Shown here piece by piece: positions 24,496-36,547 of a stretch of DNA of 64,000 nucleotides. Every line of letters begins with the position of its first letter. Positions within the stretch are counted from its first letter, which is position 1. The stretch is from Felis catus (taxonomy: Eukaryota): positions 224,132,001 through 224,196,000 of the forward strand of contig NC_058368.1 of assembly GCF_018350175.1 (NCBI RefSeq), read 5' to 3'. The notes below the pieces were generated by a model, which was not told the DNA's origin, searched no databases, and saw nothing but the letters and a program-made list of their open reading frames with translations. Position numbers and translations under genes: made by a program.

Positions 24496-27400
24496 CAGAA
24501 GCTGTGGAATTGCTGGGATATATTGTCGTTCTAATTTAATTTATTGACTAATCTCTAAATTGTTCTCCATAGTGACTGTACAAATTTACATTCCCACTAA
24601 CAAGGGTTACCTTTCCTCCACATTTCTCCGTCATTGGATACCTCTTCTATTTTCAATGATAACCATTTTAACAAGTATGAAGTGATACCTCATTGTGGTT
24701 CGGATTTGCATTTCCCCCAATGATGAGTGATGTTGAACACCTTTCATGTATCAGTCAGCCATGTGAAAATCTTTGGGAAAAAAAAATGTGTATATTCTGT
24801 CCTTGGTCCCATTTTTTTAATCATGTTTATGTTTGTTCTCCTTTTTGTTTGTTTATTTGCTATTAACCCTTATCAGATATGTGGTTTGCAAATATTCCAT
24901 TAGGTAGGTTTTCTTTTCATTTTGTTGATGGTTTCCTTTGCCAAGAGACTTTTTAGTATGATGTCACATTTGTTTGGTTTTGTTGAGTTTGCTTTGGTGT
25001 CAAACCCCAAAAATATTGCTAAGACGGATATAAAGAGTTTTCCCAGTTTTCTTATAGGGATTTTATTGTTTCAGATCTTACATGCAAGTCTTTAGTTAAT
25101 TTTGAGTTGATTTTTTGTGTATAGTAAAGGATAGGGGTGGAATTTCATTCTTTTGCATGTAGTTGGCCAGTTTTACCAGCACCATTCATTGAATAGACTG
25201 TCTTTTCCACCTTTTTATATCCTTGGCTCCTTTGTTGCAATCTATTTGAGGCTTTCGTGATTGCATACAAATTTAAGATTGTTTTATTCTGTTTCTGTGA
25301 AAAATGCATTTGTATTTTGATTGAGATTGAACTGAATCTATAGAGCTTTTTAGGTAGTATGATCAGCATTAATGTCTTATCCTTTTCAGTGTATAGGTTT
25401 TTCACATCCTTGGATAAATATATTCAGAAATGTTTTACGATTTCTAATGCTACCGTAAATGAGATGTTTAAAAAACTTATCTGACAGTTTTTTTTTGCTA
25501 TGTATAACACAGCTGATTTTTGTATATTGATTTTGTATCCTGCAACTTTACTAAATGCATTGATTCGTTCTAACAGGTGATTTTGTTGTTGTTGTTTGTT
25601 TCGTTTTGTTGGTGAAATCTTTAGTTTTCTATATATTATGTCATCTGCAAATAGAAACAATTTACTCCTCCCTTTCCGATTTGGATGCCTTTATTTTCTT
25701 TTTCTTGCATAACTGCTATGACAGTTGCAAAGGCATGGTCACGGATCTGTGGACAAGCTTCTAGGGAAATGCTAGTAAATGGATGGAGATGGCAGGAGAG
25801 GTGTCTGCCAGTTTCCTGGTCTCTTGGGAGGATTGCAGCCACTGCTTAGATGTGTGCTACATTAGAAGCGTGACCCTCAGCAGCAGCTTTCACAGTATGT
25901 AGATGGACCCCGTTTAGGAAAAGACTAGGGGGCAGGTGATTTTTACCTGCTCCCTTGGCAGTGACCCCTGGGAAGACAGCTGTGGCAAGTGCCCATGTGA
26001 CTGTTGACAACCGCTTCTTTGTTTGCTATAGTCTCTGGTTGTTGGGGACACAAGCCTTTTGGCTTTCAGAGCTAGATGCTTTGGGAGCCCATCTCTAAGA
26101 TGGGAATGTTAAAAATTAGGATGTTAACTACTCAGTCCAAATCCTTTATTCTCAGGGAAAATCTAGAGGTTGGAAGCTTCCAGTCAGTTGTATGGACTTG
26201 TGCTGTGGTGGGGTTTATGGCGAGAATGTGTCTCAGTCTTTTCTAACCCATTTTGATATGGGTATTTCTCATTTGTCCGATGCGTAGGAATCACTCAGCT
26301 AGTTTCTGGATTTCCTTCAGAGGTAATTTTTCTGTGTACATCTGTATATCCTGGTTCCTGTGGGAGGAGGGGAGTTCATGACCTCCTATGTTGCCATCTT
26401 GGTCAATCCCCTCAATATGAACTCAAGAAAGATTTTAACACACTTGTGTCAAATTTAAGATTCAAAGATAGTATCAAGCAGCAAAAGCAAACAATATTAC
26501 TACATACTTTAATAGTTTCTTATTTTTTCTTTTATTTTTATCATTTCCTTCCTTTCTTGCAAATTAAAGACATTTAATTCATGTATACTTCCCAAGACTT
26601 TTCATTATTGATTAGACTGTAGTCTTTCTTAATGCATATGTTACTTATAATACAATTATTTTCCCATTGCATACTTTATTTTTTTCAACTCTTTTTTAAA
26701 ACTTTTTTATAAAAGTTTTCAATTTCCTTCACTTTTCTAATTTCTGAAAAAGCTAAGCAAATTCCATAGGCAAGTATGAATGTGTCAATCTACCGTAACA
26801 TTCACAGAATTCTACACAAATTAAAATTATGGATTTTAATCATTCTGCGTATTCAAAATTCCTAAATTCTAAGCAATGCCATACTATCTATGCTTGTATC
26901 TATAGATTTTATATTGCATTTATTTGGGGGATGTTGATTCTCAAAACTGTGTTTGTTAAGTAAATCATACGTGTTTTTATAATTTGAGTATACAGTGACA
27001 GATAATTTTTAGTAAAGGCTACAGTAATTGCATTTGCTAAAGTTTTCACTGACCAGCTAAATTTAGACCATTGTGGGTTTTTCGTTTGTTTGTTCGTTTG
27101 TTTTGTTTTGATTTACTTTGTTTTTTAGGGGTAGCCTCTCTGCAGGTCACATATATACTCTGCTCCTCATGTTTTGCCACATTTGGTGACAGCAGATTCC
27201 TAACTAGCAGGCATTATAGTATTCCTGAGAGAATATTTGACTATTACTATAGATAGATTTCTCTGGTTTTAGATGTGCTGTTCTGTGTCTCCCACCTTTG
27301 TCAGGCCAACATCTATAAATGTCTTAAATTGAACATTTTATCACAACCAAGCATAGTATTCTACACATTTTTCTGTCCATAGAATTTTTGTTAAAGGAAA

Positions 27401-27843
27401 ATGACTAATTCTATGAAAAAATGCCCACAGGATCCATTGAATTTGTCGTATACTCTATCATGGAGGAGGAGTGGCTTTTACAGTGTATAGAAATAGCCTC
27501 TAGAAAATTGAAGATAATGCCTTGTAGGTTTGGGTGCTCTCCAACAAAATGCAATATATGCTCCCAACCAATAACAAATATTACGTGTCTTCGCCAATAG
27601 CTATTGCATATACACCTGGGAATTAATAAGACAAAAGTCAATGTTGACGGAAATCTTTCAGTTCTGAACAAAGGGCCGTGTTAAATCATATTTTAAGGAA
27701 GAATATCTAAAATAGTTAAATTGCATCAGTAAGCTTGCAAATATCTTTACTGGTTTAAAATGTATATAGGATCTGTTTGAATACATGTGGATGCTACAGT
27801 TTTAAAAATATTTAAAGTAATATTTTCTATTTTATTGATTTTA

Positions 27844-28064
27844 TTTTTTTTTAATTTTTTTTCAACGTTTATTTATTTTTGGGACAGAGAGAGACAGAGC
27901 ATGAACGGGGGAGGGGCAGAGAGAGAGGGAGACACAGAAACGGAAACAGGCTCCAGGCTCCTAGCCATCAGCCCAGAGCCTGACGCGGGCTCGAACTCAC
28001 GGACCGCGAGATCGTGACCTGGCTGAAGTCGGACGCTTAACCGACTGCGCCACCCAGGCGCCCC
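27844..28064 (-). mobile_element. Young CanSINE
   Basis: TSD tctattttattgatttta at 27826-27843 and 28065-28082. Confidence 0.97.
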
Positions 28065-28098
28065 TCTATTTTATTGATTTTAAAACTAATCTGTTGAT

Positions 28099-28320
28099 GG
28101 GGTGCTGGGTGGCGCAGTCGGTTAAGCGGCCAACTTCAGCTCAGGTCATGATCTCACGGTTCGTGAGTTTGAGCCCCCAATCGGGCTCTGTGCTGACAGC
28201 TCTGAGCCTGGAGCCTGCTTCAGATTCTGTGTCTCCCTCTCTCTCTGCCCCTCCTCTGCCCACACTCTGTCTCTGTCTCACTCAAATATAAATAAACATT
28301 AAAATAAATAAATAAATAAA
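28099..28320 (+). mobile_element. CanSINE
   Basis: TSD taaaactaatctgttgat (28081-28098) / taaaagtaacctgctgat (28321-28338). Confidence 0.95.
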
Positions 28321-28696
28321 TAAAAGTAACCTGCTGATTGAAAAAGCTGAGATAAAAAGGGAATTATGTAGAGTAAAAGAAAATAATACAGATACAGTGG
28401 TATCATCTACAATGACATGTATATATGAAATATATATGTAAATGAAATATATATATTTGTATTGTCTTATACTAAATATGCTTTAACTGAGAGGCCTTTG
28501 TCAGTTAAATAAAACATTGTTAATATATCCTCATATCATAAGAATTTTAAAAACATTTCATGTGCTTATAATATTTTAATACATAAACCTAACCATTTTA
28601 TCTTTTTTACATGTAGATTACTTGTGCATTTACACTATTATTAATATCATTTGTTGTCTATAACTGTGCAACTGACAATTTAAAAATTATTTTCTT

Positions 28697-28860
28697 GGGG
28701 CGACTGGGTGGCTCAGTTGGTTAAACATCTGACTCATGATTTCGGCTCAGGTCATGATCTCACGCTCATTAGATTCAGCCCTGTGTAGGCTCTGTGCAGA
28801 GCCTGAAGCCTGCTTAAGATTTTCTCTCTCTCCCTCTGCCCCTCCTCCACTCACATGCGA
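28697..28860 (+). mobile_element. Older CanSINE lacking its A-tail
   Basis: ggggcgactgggtggctcagttggttaa head; ends after ccctctgcccctcc. Confidence 0.9.
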
Positions 28861-29079
28861 TGTTTGTTTTCTTGAGATAAATTAGTTAGTTAAAACAATA
28901 GAGATATTCCTTTGAAAGTACCCAGATGTGTTTTCAGCTAATTTTGTGTTGCTCTTGTTGTCATACAAAGATTTTAGATATTTAGTCTAAGAAGATATAA
29001 TTCATGATCCCATACGCAATGCGTATTTCACATGAGAAGACAAGCTTCAACCTTTCACACCACAGAACAACCAGTTTGT

Positions 29080-29840
29080 AGCATGTTAGCCTAATAATTA
29101 ATCTATTTTATCACCTAATTCTTTTGTAAACAATGCTGCTTCTGTCATAATCCATTAACTCAAATTGTTCCTCTGAAGAGGGTGGCGGATATTATTATTT
29201 TGTTAATGAGCAGACTGTCACAGCAATAAGACCTTTTGTCTCAGGCTATTAATTAAGGGGGCAATTTTTGCCTCCTTAAAAATATCTTTATAGACATAAA
29301 AAAAACCCGGATGTAATATGCTCAAAATAGTATTGAAATGCAATCTATGTACATATATTCTGATCAGTAAACACATGTGAAGAACAACCTGACCTGTTAA
29401 CTGTTGCTGCTAGCAGATTGTTAGGGAATGTAATCACAGAGGCAGAACTCGCCAGGGTGTGTGGCGATGTTCAAGTGCTAGATAAGCTCAGTTATTGACT
29501 GTAATTGAGCAGTTGCCAAAGGCTTGATGATTCTGTCTAATATTTGAGAATAACTGTGCAAAGGACAGATCAGCTCTCCATTCTCCTAGCATCCCCAAGC
29601 ATTAAATCTCTCTGTGAGGTCATCCAAAGGAGAAGCACCTGCACAAATAATTTCATTCTCCAGAAAAATGTCTTCTCTGGATTTCAATTTAACTTTGTTC
29701 CCTTAGCCGTTATTGAGTCCACATAAGAGTCAGTCATTTTAAACAGTACATCTGTGTCAATTTAAGAACTAAATTTGTGGATAATGCTGAGTATGTCATC
29801 CAATGGCCGTTACATAAAACTCACAATCTTATTAATGGTT
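29080..29840. promoter_or_regulatory. Candidate conserved non-coding enhancer
   Basis: No recognisable repeat; clustered GTAAACA, AACAAT, CTGTCA, TAATCC, TTAATTAA and CATAAAA motifs. Confidence 0.3.
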
Positions 29841-29929
29841 CTTTGAGTTAAGATTCGGGGAAAAAATTGTGCTTTCGGATTGTGTGCTTTGTTTTGTCAG
29901 ATCATGAAAAGTGCTTACGGCTATGCAAT

Positions 29930-30120
29930 GTTCCATGGTTTACAAAGTATATTCAAAACATTTTCTCATCTATCCCCATTAAAACCTAATGAGGTAGGAA
30001 GGTCAGATATCACTGTTCAATTTACATAAAAGCAAAATACAAGCAAATAAAAAAGTGAGACACAAAGTTAATGTGACTTTCCCCGTTACAAGTATCTGAA
30101 TTAGAACTAGATTTCAATAC
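29930..30120 (-). mobile_element. MIR relic
   Basis: tttacaaag...ctcat...cctaatgaggtagg...aaagttaatgtgactttccc core-like text. Confidence 0.65.
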
Positions 30121-31094
30121 CTTATTATGCTCTATTTCTACTTTTAGATATATTTTATAACTTTTTGTAACTATGAGGTAAATTTACTACCCAAAATTAA
30201 AGTTAACTTGTTGCAAATAGCTAAATATGTTTCTTCTATATATAATCTGTGTACTTTATTTCTAAAACCAATCATTACACTTTGATTTACCTTAAAATAT
30301 TAGGTATTCAATATATTTAGAAATATATTGGATTTAGATGTCTGTTCTGATCAAAGAGAGAGAGAGAGAGAGAGTGAGAGACTAAGAAGTATGCAAATAG
30401 GTATATCACAGCTTAATTTACCCAACACTTTTCTTAAATGCATATTAGTGGTAATCAATTCTTATGAAACATCCTTGGTTTCTCCCCAGTTGCAAATGGA
30501 AGATTATAAGTAAAATGTATTTGTATAAAGAATGTTTTTGTAACTGAGGTAGAAAAGGCAGAAAAAAATCATTTTCTATAACATATAACAAGTCTGCTCA
30601 CACTTCCTTAAAGACAAATATCAACCTTGAATGTAATTACAAATTTAATAAATATCACACCCTGAATGTCTCATTCAAGTTCATTGACTATATAAATTAT
30701 ATATACATATATAAATATACAACATTATGTAAATATATAAATTATAAAATGTTATATTATATAAAATATAAATATATAAATTATATTTCTCACCCAGAGG
30801 ATCCACCTTAGGTATGTGAAAGGTTCTACCTAATTAACAAGATCCTCAGTGGTTGGAATGTCCTAGTTAAGTTTCTTGTGATTCTTATTACCTAAGAAGT
30901 TAGTAAATTGTGCTCTGAGTGATGGTGAGCATGGTGCGGTTGAGCCAAACATTACAAGTGTGACCAGCCATGGTTTGCTCGCCTGCTTTCTAGGGTTTCT
31001 TTCCAAAGAGAAGACCAATGAGTAGACAGAGCAAAAATGAACACACCCACAATTATATATAGCCACATAAATTATTAAGAACACTGAATCTTAC

Positions 31095-31100
31095 CTGAGC
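31095..31100 (-). other. Candidate 6-nt microexon GCTCAG of an unidentified long-intron gene
   Basis: Minus strand: ttcgtTACTAACattctctcgcattctcttgcAG|GCTCAG|GTAAGA; branch A at -24; no intervening AG. Confidence 0.6.
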
Positions 31101-31584
31101 CTGCAAGAGAATGCGAGAGAATGTTAGTAACGAAAAGTTCTCTCTTACTTTTCCTGCAAGTATACAGATTTATTTCACATTGATATACAGATGATAGTTA
31201 AGATGCATGTATAGAAAATCCATTATTCTCTATACTGTTCTCAGGGATAAAAATCCTTCTAAACATATCTTCCTATTATCCCTCAAAAGAGCTAAAAATA
31301 CCATATGTGATCATCCCACCTTCCAACCCTGTGAACATTTACTTCTTTTGCATATGGTTCTTCTTAAAATGCCTTTAACCATAAGGGTGACATCCTATCT
31401 CCATAGCAACAGGAAGTGGAGTATTTGCAGTACAGGTTTGACCTGATATTTAGTTCAACTTTTTCTGATTCCCATCATAATTTTGGCAACATTTATTGTT
31501 GTTATGCTTTTTGTGGGGAGAGGAAGAATAAGGGGAAATAAGGTTATTTTTCCCTCCAACAATTGCTTTTTTCCCTTATGGACT

Positions 31585-31587
31585 TTT

Positions 31588-31633
<46 letters not shown>

Positions 31634-31681
31634 TTCCTTCCTTCCTTCCTTCCTTCCTTCCTTCCTTCCTTCCTTCCTTCT
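31585..31681 (+). repeat. Compound (TTTC)n(TTCC)n microsatellite
   Basis: Direct reading. Confidence 0.97.
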
Positions 31682-32632
31682 TGGAGAGTTTCACCTGAAT
31701 TTACAGATTTAATTTTCTTTTTAATTCTCAAACTTAGTGGGTTTTTTTTGTTTTTTTTCCCCTGCTGCACTACTGATTTCTCACCTAAGCAATACTTTGC
31801 ACTCCACAAATGCAAAGGCATGAGCTGTGAAACAGAATGGGAAATAGGTAGAGGACTATGGGGTTGCCAGGGAAATGGAAAACTGTGTGCCAAGGCCTCA
31901 CTCAGACAAACCTTGCTTTGTGTTACTAGCTGGCGAAATCATTCAACCCCCCAGGGTGGTGCCTAGAACCCAGGTACCAATTAGTTCTGCTTCATTATTC
32001 CTGTCTTGTATTGCTAGTTGCTCTTAGTCAAAAGCAAAGCTGGGAATTATGGCTAAGCACTGATGGAAGCATGAAGGCTTATTGCTTAAATACGAAGCAA
32101 ATTGGGTAAGAATCTCTTTCAAAAAGATATGTTAGTAAATTGAAACAAAGAAAAAGTACTATAAATGATCAAAAACAAATCTGAATTTATTGGTGGCTTG
32201 GCAAAGGAGATCCATTTTACTCTGAAATGAGTTCAGCAAATATCAACCAATAGAATGTGAAGGACTATCTATGTAGAGATATAGATGGGCAGATTGTAAT
32301 CTCTTTTTGATAAGTGATTAACTATAGGTTTTATATTATTCTGAGTAGTTCAAAAGAGTCTGTGATCATTTATGCAAATTTCTAGTACATGTGGAGGGAT
32401 TCAACATACAAGCGTGGACACTATACATTTAGGAAGATTGTTCCTTAAAAATGATATGGTAGAAGCTGATGGGATTCACAGAAATCAAATCTACAAGCAA
32501 AACCCTGGGGCTTTGAAGCCTGACAGAGCTAGAGAAACTGAAAGGAAGGTGAACAACAAAATCCCAAAGATGATCCTGTAGTCACAGGCTTGAAACAATA
32601 AAGGAGAGTTTAACTAAAAATAGATAATCTTA

Positions 32633-32806
32633 GAGGCATCTGGGTGGCTCAGTTGGTTAAGCGTCAGACTCTTGATTTCGGCTCAGGTCATGATCTCATG
32701 GTTATGAGATCGAGCCTCACTTCAGGCTCTGTGGGAGCATGGAGACTGAATGGGATTCACTCTCTCTCTCCCTCTCTTTCTCCCCCTCCCTGCCTCTCCC
32801 CTGCTT

Positions 32807-32851
<45 letters not shown>

Positions 32852-32890
32852 GTGCCTCTCAAAGTAAACAAATAAACATTGAAAAGAAAA
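32633..32890 (+). mobile_element. Older CanSINE
   Basis: gaggcatctgggtggctcagttggttaagcgtcagactcttgatttcggctcagg; degenerate TSD. Confidence 0.93.
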
Positions 32891-33358
32891 TAAAAACAGA
32901 TAAATCTAAGTAGGAATCACTTAGAAATCTCTATACAATGTTTCCACAGAAGACAATAGACGACAACCAAACTTTCAACTCAAATCATTCTGTTTGGAAT
33001 CTAAGATGGGAGCCAAAGGTAATCAGGTTGCTTTTCTAAGGAATTAGAGTGCAACTTCTTTGCTTCATTCGTGTTATTTTATATCGCTTAATCTTTTTCC
33101 CTTTTCTACATGTGAAATTAAATTTCTTCATTATCTATTTTTCTTCCTCCATTACATAGGCTGTATATTTTGGTGGAGGTATAATTTCAATTAAGGCTGT
33201 AAGCTGCCATATCAAAAACAGCGGCATTCTTATGGAGAGGAAAGAAACCAGGCTGGACTTAAAGCTGAATTTCACATGCACATGAGTTTTCTTTTCTTAC
33301 TGTGGGAAATATATGAAAAGGAAAGATGCATTATTTAAAGTGCAGCAATTGTGGACTT

Positions 33359-33822
33359 TCTACTAGATTTCTAGGACTGCAAAAACAAATCACCACAATT
33401 TGACCTAAAACAAGAGAAATGTATTGCCTAATAGTTCTAGAGGCTAGAAATCTAAAATCAAGATATTGGCAGCGACATACTTTCTCTTCAGAGGCTTTGG
33501 GAGGATTCTTCCCTGCCTCCTGCTAGCTTCTGGTAGTTGCTGGCAATCCTTGGCATTACTTTGCTGGTAAATAATCACGCCGATCTGTACCTCATTCTTC
33601 ACGTGTTCCCTCTGTGTGTATGTGTGTCTCTGTGGCTTTATGCACAATTTTTTTTTCATTTTTTATAAGGACACCAATCATTGGATTAAACCCTAAATTA
33701 ATCCTCTTAACTTGATTACATTTGCAAAGATGCCATTTCCAGATGGGCACATTCATAGGTACATGGTGTTAGAACTTTGCCATATCGTTTTGGGGGTGGG
33801 GTGTACAATTCAACTCACAACA
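33359..33822 (-). mobile_element. MaLR solo LTR (MLT1B/C-like)
   Basis: agttctagaggctagaaatctaaaatcaag, cttctggtagttgctggcaatccttggc, ataaggacaccaatcattggatta, ends caattcaactcacaaca. Confidence 0.9.
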
Positions 33823-35237
33823 CATTAGTATAGATTAAAAAATGTGTGTATGGGTTGGAAAAAAAATACAAAATAATGCAAATTTCATCTTTTAGTCTAT
33901 TTTACTCACCATTTTATTTTAAATACAGCCTTACAATCTGTAGTGACCTGGATCTATATACATGCCCATTTCCCAACTATCTGACACAGAATTGGTCATA
34001 AATTTCATTTACATAAATGAAACTTTTGTGGTTCTCTAGTAATGGTGTTTGGTGCAATGGTAAAGATAACGAACATTCAAGTCAATTTAGAGTCATACTT
34101 ATTTTTTTCTTCAAACTACAAATAAGAAAAAAAAATACTTCTCAATCTTGGAAGAAGAGAAATATGTCAGCTTGAGGTGATATGCTTGAGGTGATATTCC
34201 CAAAACAAGCAAAAGTTCTGTCAAAATTAAGGGAGAATGAGATAGGAGGCAATTCTATAACGGTGGTATAAGAACTTTTGAAAATATATTCACCCATAAA
34301 AGCAATGAGGCTATTGACAAAATTTGTCAAAATCAACGTTTTATAATCCTGAAAATTAACCAAAAGCTTTCAAAAATTCAATGAGTATATATTTTAAAAA
34401 AATGAGTGAATTCCTCTATGGTGAGATTTGTATTAACTTACCTCATCCCATATCCCTCTGCCTAGCTCCCCAATAACTTTGGAAACAGCAGCCTCAATAC
34501 CAGAGTAACTGCGCAAACCAGTAGCCTATAGCCATTGAAGGAATTAAGGCATGATTAGGGCTCTCCAAGACTCACCTCCAAGGATTGTTAATATTTGACC
34601 CATGTGAAAGTTCTCTGGAAAGCACCACTTGTCATTTGTGGGACTTGTCATTTGACTATACTTAGAGCTTGTTCAGTTGGAAAAGTCCTATCCCCAATGC
34701 AGTACTTGAAAATGATGAGAGACATTTACATAGCATCAGCCTGTTAGACTTGGAAATACCAAACAAGATGAACTAAACTTTATGTAGGGAATGAGCTATC
34801 TATGGGGTGGTGGGGCATGAAAAGCTCTGACATAGTATTAGAAACTGGGAAGCCCAGGCGCATATATAGGGCCAAACAAGTGGTCAGGAAAGACCTTAAA
34901 ATGCTCCAACTGGCCTTAGGCTCTTCATGAGGCTAAGAAATAATTGCATACTCCAGAGCATTAAGGCGTGACCCAACAAATACACAGAGGACCTCTGGAA
35001 ATCTGGCTCCAAAGCATTAAAGGAAGTCTCTGTTCAATTACTCAGGCAACACTAAGCTGAGCAGAGACTTCAGTGGCCACCGATGTCAAAAATACAGATT
35101 TTAGAGAATTAGTGTAAGAAAGTCACTAAGGAGACAAAAAGCAAAACAGCTAACTTTGAAGAGGAGAACTTATTTCCTTCCTTCCCACAGTGGATTATTT
35201 ATAATGTTCAACTTTTAGGTTAAAAAAATGAAACACA

Positions 35238-35454
35238 GGAGGCGTGTGTGGCTCAGTTGGTTAAGCTTCTGACTCTTGATTTCAGCTCAGGCCATGATCT
35301 CATGGCTCGTGGGTCCCACATTGCGCTTTGCCCTGACAGCATGGCACCTGCTTGGAATTCTCTCTCTCCTCTCTCTCTGCCTCTTCCCCTGCTTGAATGT
35401 GCACTTTCTCTCTCAAAATAAATAAACTTATTTTTTTAATTAAAACAATATTAC
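35238..35454 (+). mobile_element. CanSINE inside L1
   Basis: TSD aaatgaaacaca (35226-35237) / aaatgagacaca (35455-35466). Confidence 0.92.
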
Positions 35455-35574
35455 AAATGAGACACAAATACAAAAAATGAAGTATAGCCAATACATGGGG
35501 GAAAAAAGGTAGTCAATAAGAACGTCCCTAAGGGAGCCCAAATTTTGAAGTAAAAGTACGTTAAAGCAACAATT

Positions 35575-35593
35575 ATATATATGTATATGTGCG

Positions 35594-35652
<59 letters not shown>

Positions 35653-35655
35653 GTA
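35575..35655. repeat. (TA)n(CA)n(TA)n microsatellite
   Basis: Direct reading. Confidence 0.95.
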
Positions 35656-36300
35656 TTTCTTTTTTTCCAGTAAAGATCTGCAATACAAAAATAAGCACAA
35701 AATCTTTTTGACTTGAAAAACATGATAACAAATGGAAAATTCACTATATGCTTTTCATAGCAGATTTGAATAAACAGAAGAAAGGATCCACAAACTTGAA
35801 TATATTTCAATTGAGAAGATCTAGTTTGAGGAAAATAAAGAAAAAAAGAATAAAGAAAAGTGAACAGAGATTTAGATACCTGTGGAACACCACCAAATGC
35901 ATCAACATACACCTAACAGGAGTCTCTAAAATAAAGGAGAGAGTGAGAGAGAGAGAGAGAGAAATAGCCATAAAAATGTTTGAAAAAGTAATGGCTGAAA
36001 ATTGTCCCAATTTTGCAATGTAAACATACAAGAAGTCCAATAAACTTAAAGTAGGAAAAACTCAAAGAGATCACAGCTAAACATGTCTTAGTCAAGCTGT
36101 CAAAAATAAATACAAAGAGAATCTTGCAAAAAGCAACAGAAGAAAGTGACTCATCATGTACAAGGAATCCTCACTCAGTAAGATTCATAGTTGGCATCAC
36201 ATCGGAAATCATAAAGGCTAGAAAGCAGTAGGATGCCATAATCAAAGTACAAAAACAAACAAACAAACAAACAAACAAAAACTGTCAATAAAGAATTTCA

Positions 36301-36465
36301 GGAGTGCCTGGGTGGCTTAGTTGGTTAAGCATCCAACTTCAGCTCAAGTCATGATCTCAGGGTTCATGAGTTCAAGCCCTGCATCGTGTTCTGTGCTGAT
36401 AGCTCAGAGCCTGGAGGCTGCTTTGGATTCTGGATCTCCCTCTCTCTCTGCCCCTCCCCCACTCA

Positions 36466-36510
<45 letters not shown>

Positions 36511-36547
36511 CCTCTCTCTCTCAAAAATAAACATTACAAATTAAAAA
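36301..36547 (+). mobile_element. CanSINE inside L1
   Basis: TSD aataaagaatt at 36287-36297 and 36548-36558. Confidence 0.93.

Larger units (their letters stand above)
23150..26413 (-). mobile_element. Old L1 (L1MA-like) retaining both its 3' end and extreme 5'UTR but lacking ORF1 and early ORF2
   Basis: 3' end near 23150; FADD motif in ORF 25424..25660; 5' terminus reads gaggggattgaccaagatggcaacatagg in reverse complement; degenerate TSD (13/18 match). Confidence 0.88.

Noticed and set aside
27411..27671. 86-aa ORF and nearby plus-strand AG/GT signals
   Set aside because: No recognisable homology and weak splice signals
30887..30905. Second TACTAAC as branch point of a TAG|GTAAT recursive site
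   Set aside because: Branch A would be under 10 nt from the AG, too close; treated as a QKI-type motif instead
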